Virus record (IMG/VR): IMGVR_UViG_3300037445_000060
Location: 1-44,720 of that record
From: a virus
Lineage: Duplodnaviria; Caudoviricetes
Length of the DNA: 44,720 nt
Direction: 5' to 3' (one strand)
In this document: one piece after another, positions 43,013-44,720 of the stretch
How the letters are laid out: every line of letters starts with the position of its first letter
Position numbering within the stretch: the stretch's first letter is position 1
Program-made: the position numbers and the translations under genes
The notes under the pieces: model-generated
The model's input: only the letters and a program-made list of their open reading frames with translations
Database searches by the model: none
Told to the model about the DNA's origin: nothing

Positions 43013-43636
43013 TCAGCCGTCGAGCTGGCCGCCGTTGGCCTTGCACCAGGCGCGCGCGGCCGCGAGGTTCTTCGCGTTGGTGTCGCTGTACACGCCCACG
43101 ATCGCGTCGTACCGCGCCGTCGCCTCGTCGCCGAGGATGCAGCGGCGGTCCATGTTGTCCTGCTTGAGCAGGTCGTCGACGGTGCCCGGCACGACGGTGG
43201 CGCCCTGGCACGCGGTGAAGTTGTGGTCGGTGGCGCTCGTGACCCAGCGGTAGTACGTGGCCCCGCCACCGGTGACCTTGCACAGCTCAGCGCTCGGTGG
43301 GGCGGCCGGCGCCTGGGTGGTCGTTGCGGGCGGGGGCGCGGCCGGGCGACTGGTGGCCGGGGGTGGCACGGCGGCCGATGTCGCCGGCGCGGCGCTTGTT
43401 GCCACCAGTGCTGGGCTGGTGGTCGCAACGGGCGCCGGGGCGGCGGGATGGTCGGCCGTTTTGGTGGGCTGCGGGCCGACGATGAGGCCGAGCACGACCA
43501 GGCCGACGCAGAGCGCGAACAACGCGCCGGTCACGATCGCCACGATCTTCCAGACGCGAGCCGGCCGGCGGGGCGGGAGCGGCTGCGGGGTGACGACGGG
43601 CCACTGCGGGTACGGCTGTCCGGTCGGGTCGGTCAT
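43013..43636 (-). CDS. Membrane-anchored protein with Pro/Ala/Thr linker and a four-Cys C-terminal domain
   Basis: 207 aa; TM segment IVAIVTGALFALCVGLVVLGLIV, low-complexity stalk, four Cys in the last ~85 aa. Confidence 0.78.
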   Translation of the reverse strand: MTDPTGQPYPQWPVVTPQPLPPRRPARVWKIVAIVTGALFALCVGLVVLGLIVGPQPTKTADHPAAPAPVATTSPALVATSAAPATSAAVPPPATSRPAAPPPATTTQAPAAPPSAELCKVTGGGATYYRWVTSATDHNFTACQGATVVPGTVDDLLKQDNMDRRCILGDEATARYDAIVGVYSDTNAKNLAAARAWCKANGGQLDG

Positions 43637-43690
43637 GACCCCGGAGTGTGACAGTCACGGACACGGATCGGTCTCGGATGATCGGCCAGG

Positions 43691-43906
43691 TCAGCTGTCA
43701 GCCTCGATGCCCGCGGCGCGACAGATGCGCCGGATCTGCTCTCGGGTGTAGCCGGACAGCTCGACGATGCGGGCCTGCGGCACCTGCGCGCGGACGGCGG
43801 CGAGGACCTCGGGGATGATCTCGTCGCGGTTCTCCGCGAGGTCGCTGTTGAGCTTGCGGCGGCGGCGGCCGAGGGTGGCGAGCCGTTCGGTGTCATAGCT
43901 GGTCAC
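43691..43906 (-). CDS. Small HTH DNA-binding protein (probably leaderless)
   Basis: VPQARIVELSGYTREQIRRI HTH; GTG at 43906 lies 6 nt after CACTAT. Confidence 0.72.
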   Translation of the reverse strand: MTSYDTERLATLGRRRRKLNSDLAENRDEIIPEVLAAVRAQVPQARIVELSGYTREQIRRICRAAGIEADS

Positions 43907-44240
43907 GCCTACATAGTGGCACACCTTGCGGCCTACCGCGAGGCCACGTTGTGACGCTTCGTGCTGCCCGATTTGCGGCTACGTAGCGCGCCTACATGCC
44001 CGAAAACCGTGCCAACTTTTCGCCGGCTCCGGCAATCCGGACATCTCGGCTCAGCCGTTCGGCCACTTCTGGGGCGCCGAACCTGCGGGTTCGGGCCTGT
44101 GTGGTGCAGGTCACAGATCAAGTGCGCTCACAGAGCGTAGCCCTGCCCCACTTTGTCCGGATTCCAGGCTGGCCGCGCCGCGCCGCCGGGGCCAGCCGCG
44201 ACGCGTGACGGTATCTGTGCAGGTCAGCATGCCTGTCATG

Positions 44241-44262
44241 TGGCCACCTACGTGGCCATACT
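44241..44262 (+). promoter_or_regulatory. Palindrome overlapping a putative -10 element
   Basis: TGGCCAC-ctac-GTGGCCA overlapping CATACT, upstream of the gene at 44298. Confidence 0.5.
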
Positions 44263-44297
44263 TGAGGGACAAGCCACCACGACCCAAGGAGCAGGAC

Positions 44298-44675
44298 ATG
44301 AGCACCTACGCCAACACCGCCGAGCGGGACGCCGCCATCGCCGCCATCAAGCAGCAGTGCCGCGACCTGGTCGCCGGCCTCGAGGACTACCTCCCCGGCC
44401 GCGTCACCGCCACGGCCATCTGGATGGACGGCGTGTGGGGCGACTACTGGTACGTGGAGCTCGACGGCCAGCCGGCTGGCGACCTCTACTACGACAGCTG
44501 CGGCCCCGTCCCCAAGGGCGACAAGCTCGGCCAGCTCATCCACCGCGCCGACCTCGCCGCCGAGCGCGAGACCTGGCGCGACGGCCGCTGCTACCGCTGC
44601 GGCACGCACGGCCCGGTCCGCACCACGAAGCTCCCGGTCGGCTGGCGCCCCACCTGCCCCACCTGCAGCGCCTGA
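44298..44675 (+). CDS. Hypothetical protein with C-terminal zinc finger
   Basis: 125 aa from MSTYANT; AAGGAG RBS; CYRC...CPTC. Confidence 0.78.
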   Translation: MSTYANTAERDAAIAAIKQQCRDLVAGLEDYLPGRVTATAIWMDGVWGDYWYVELDGQPAGDLYYDSCGPVPKGDKLGQLIHRADLAAERETWRDGRCYRCGTHGPVRTTKLPVGWRPTCPTCSA

Positions 44676-44686
44676 GCCTCCCCGGT

Positions 44687-44709
44687 CGGGCCCCGCACGC
44701 CGGGGCCCG
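44687..44709 (+). terminator. GC-rich hairpin after the last gene
   Basis: CGGGCCCCG-cacgc-CGGGGCCCG. Confidence 0.5.
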
Positions 44710-44720
44710 CGCCGAGGGCG

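Overview
Near-complete genome of a temperate siphovirus of a high-GC actinomycete. It appears to be in the non-integrated configuration: an attP-like site (3' half of tRNA-Thr(CGT) with arm-type repeats on both sides) lies just downstream of a tyrosine integrase. One long minus-strand gene array runs from cro/xis through early genes, a PAPS-reductase-like gene, Cas4-like nuclease, SSB-like protein, SNF2 helicase, RuvC and a 1551-aa Prim-Pol/SF3 helicase/PolA fusion with an iteron array inside its linker. It continues through terminase, head and tail genes to the lysis cassette. The plus strand carries the repressor, a membrane protein, the integrase and a few accessory genes. The most striking element is a 1207-aa portal-MuF protein ending in a PI3K/HipA-superfamily kinase domain, followed by a translationally coupled 71-aa ORF, a candidate virion-delivered kinase toxin/immunity pair. 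All calls come from motif recognition and gene context by eye; no database search was run.
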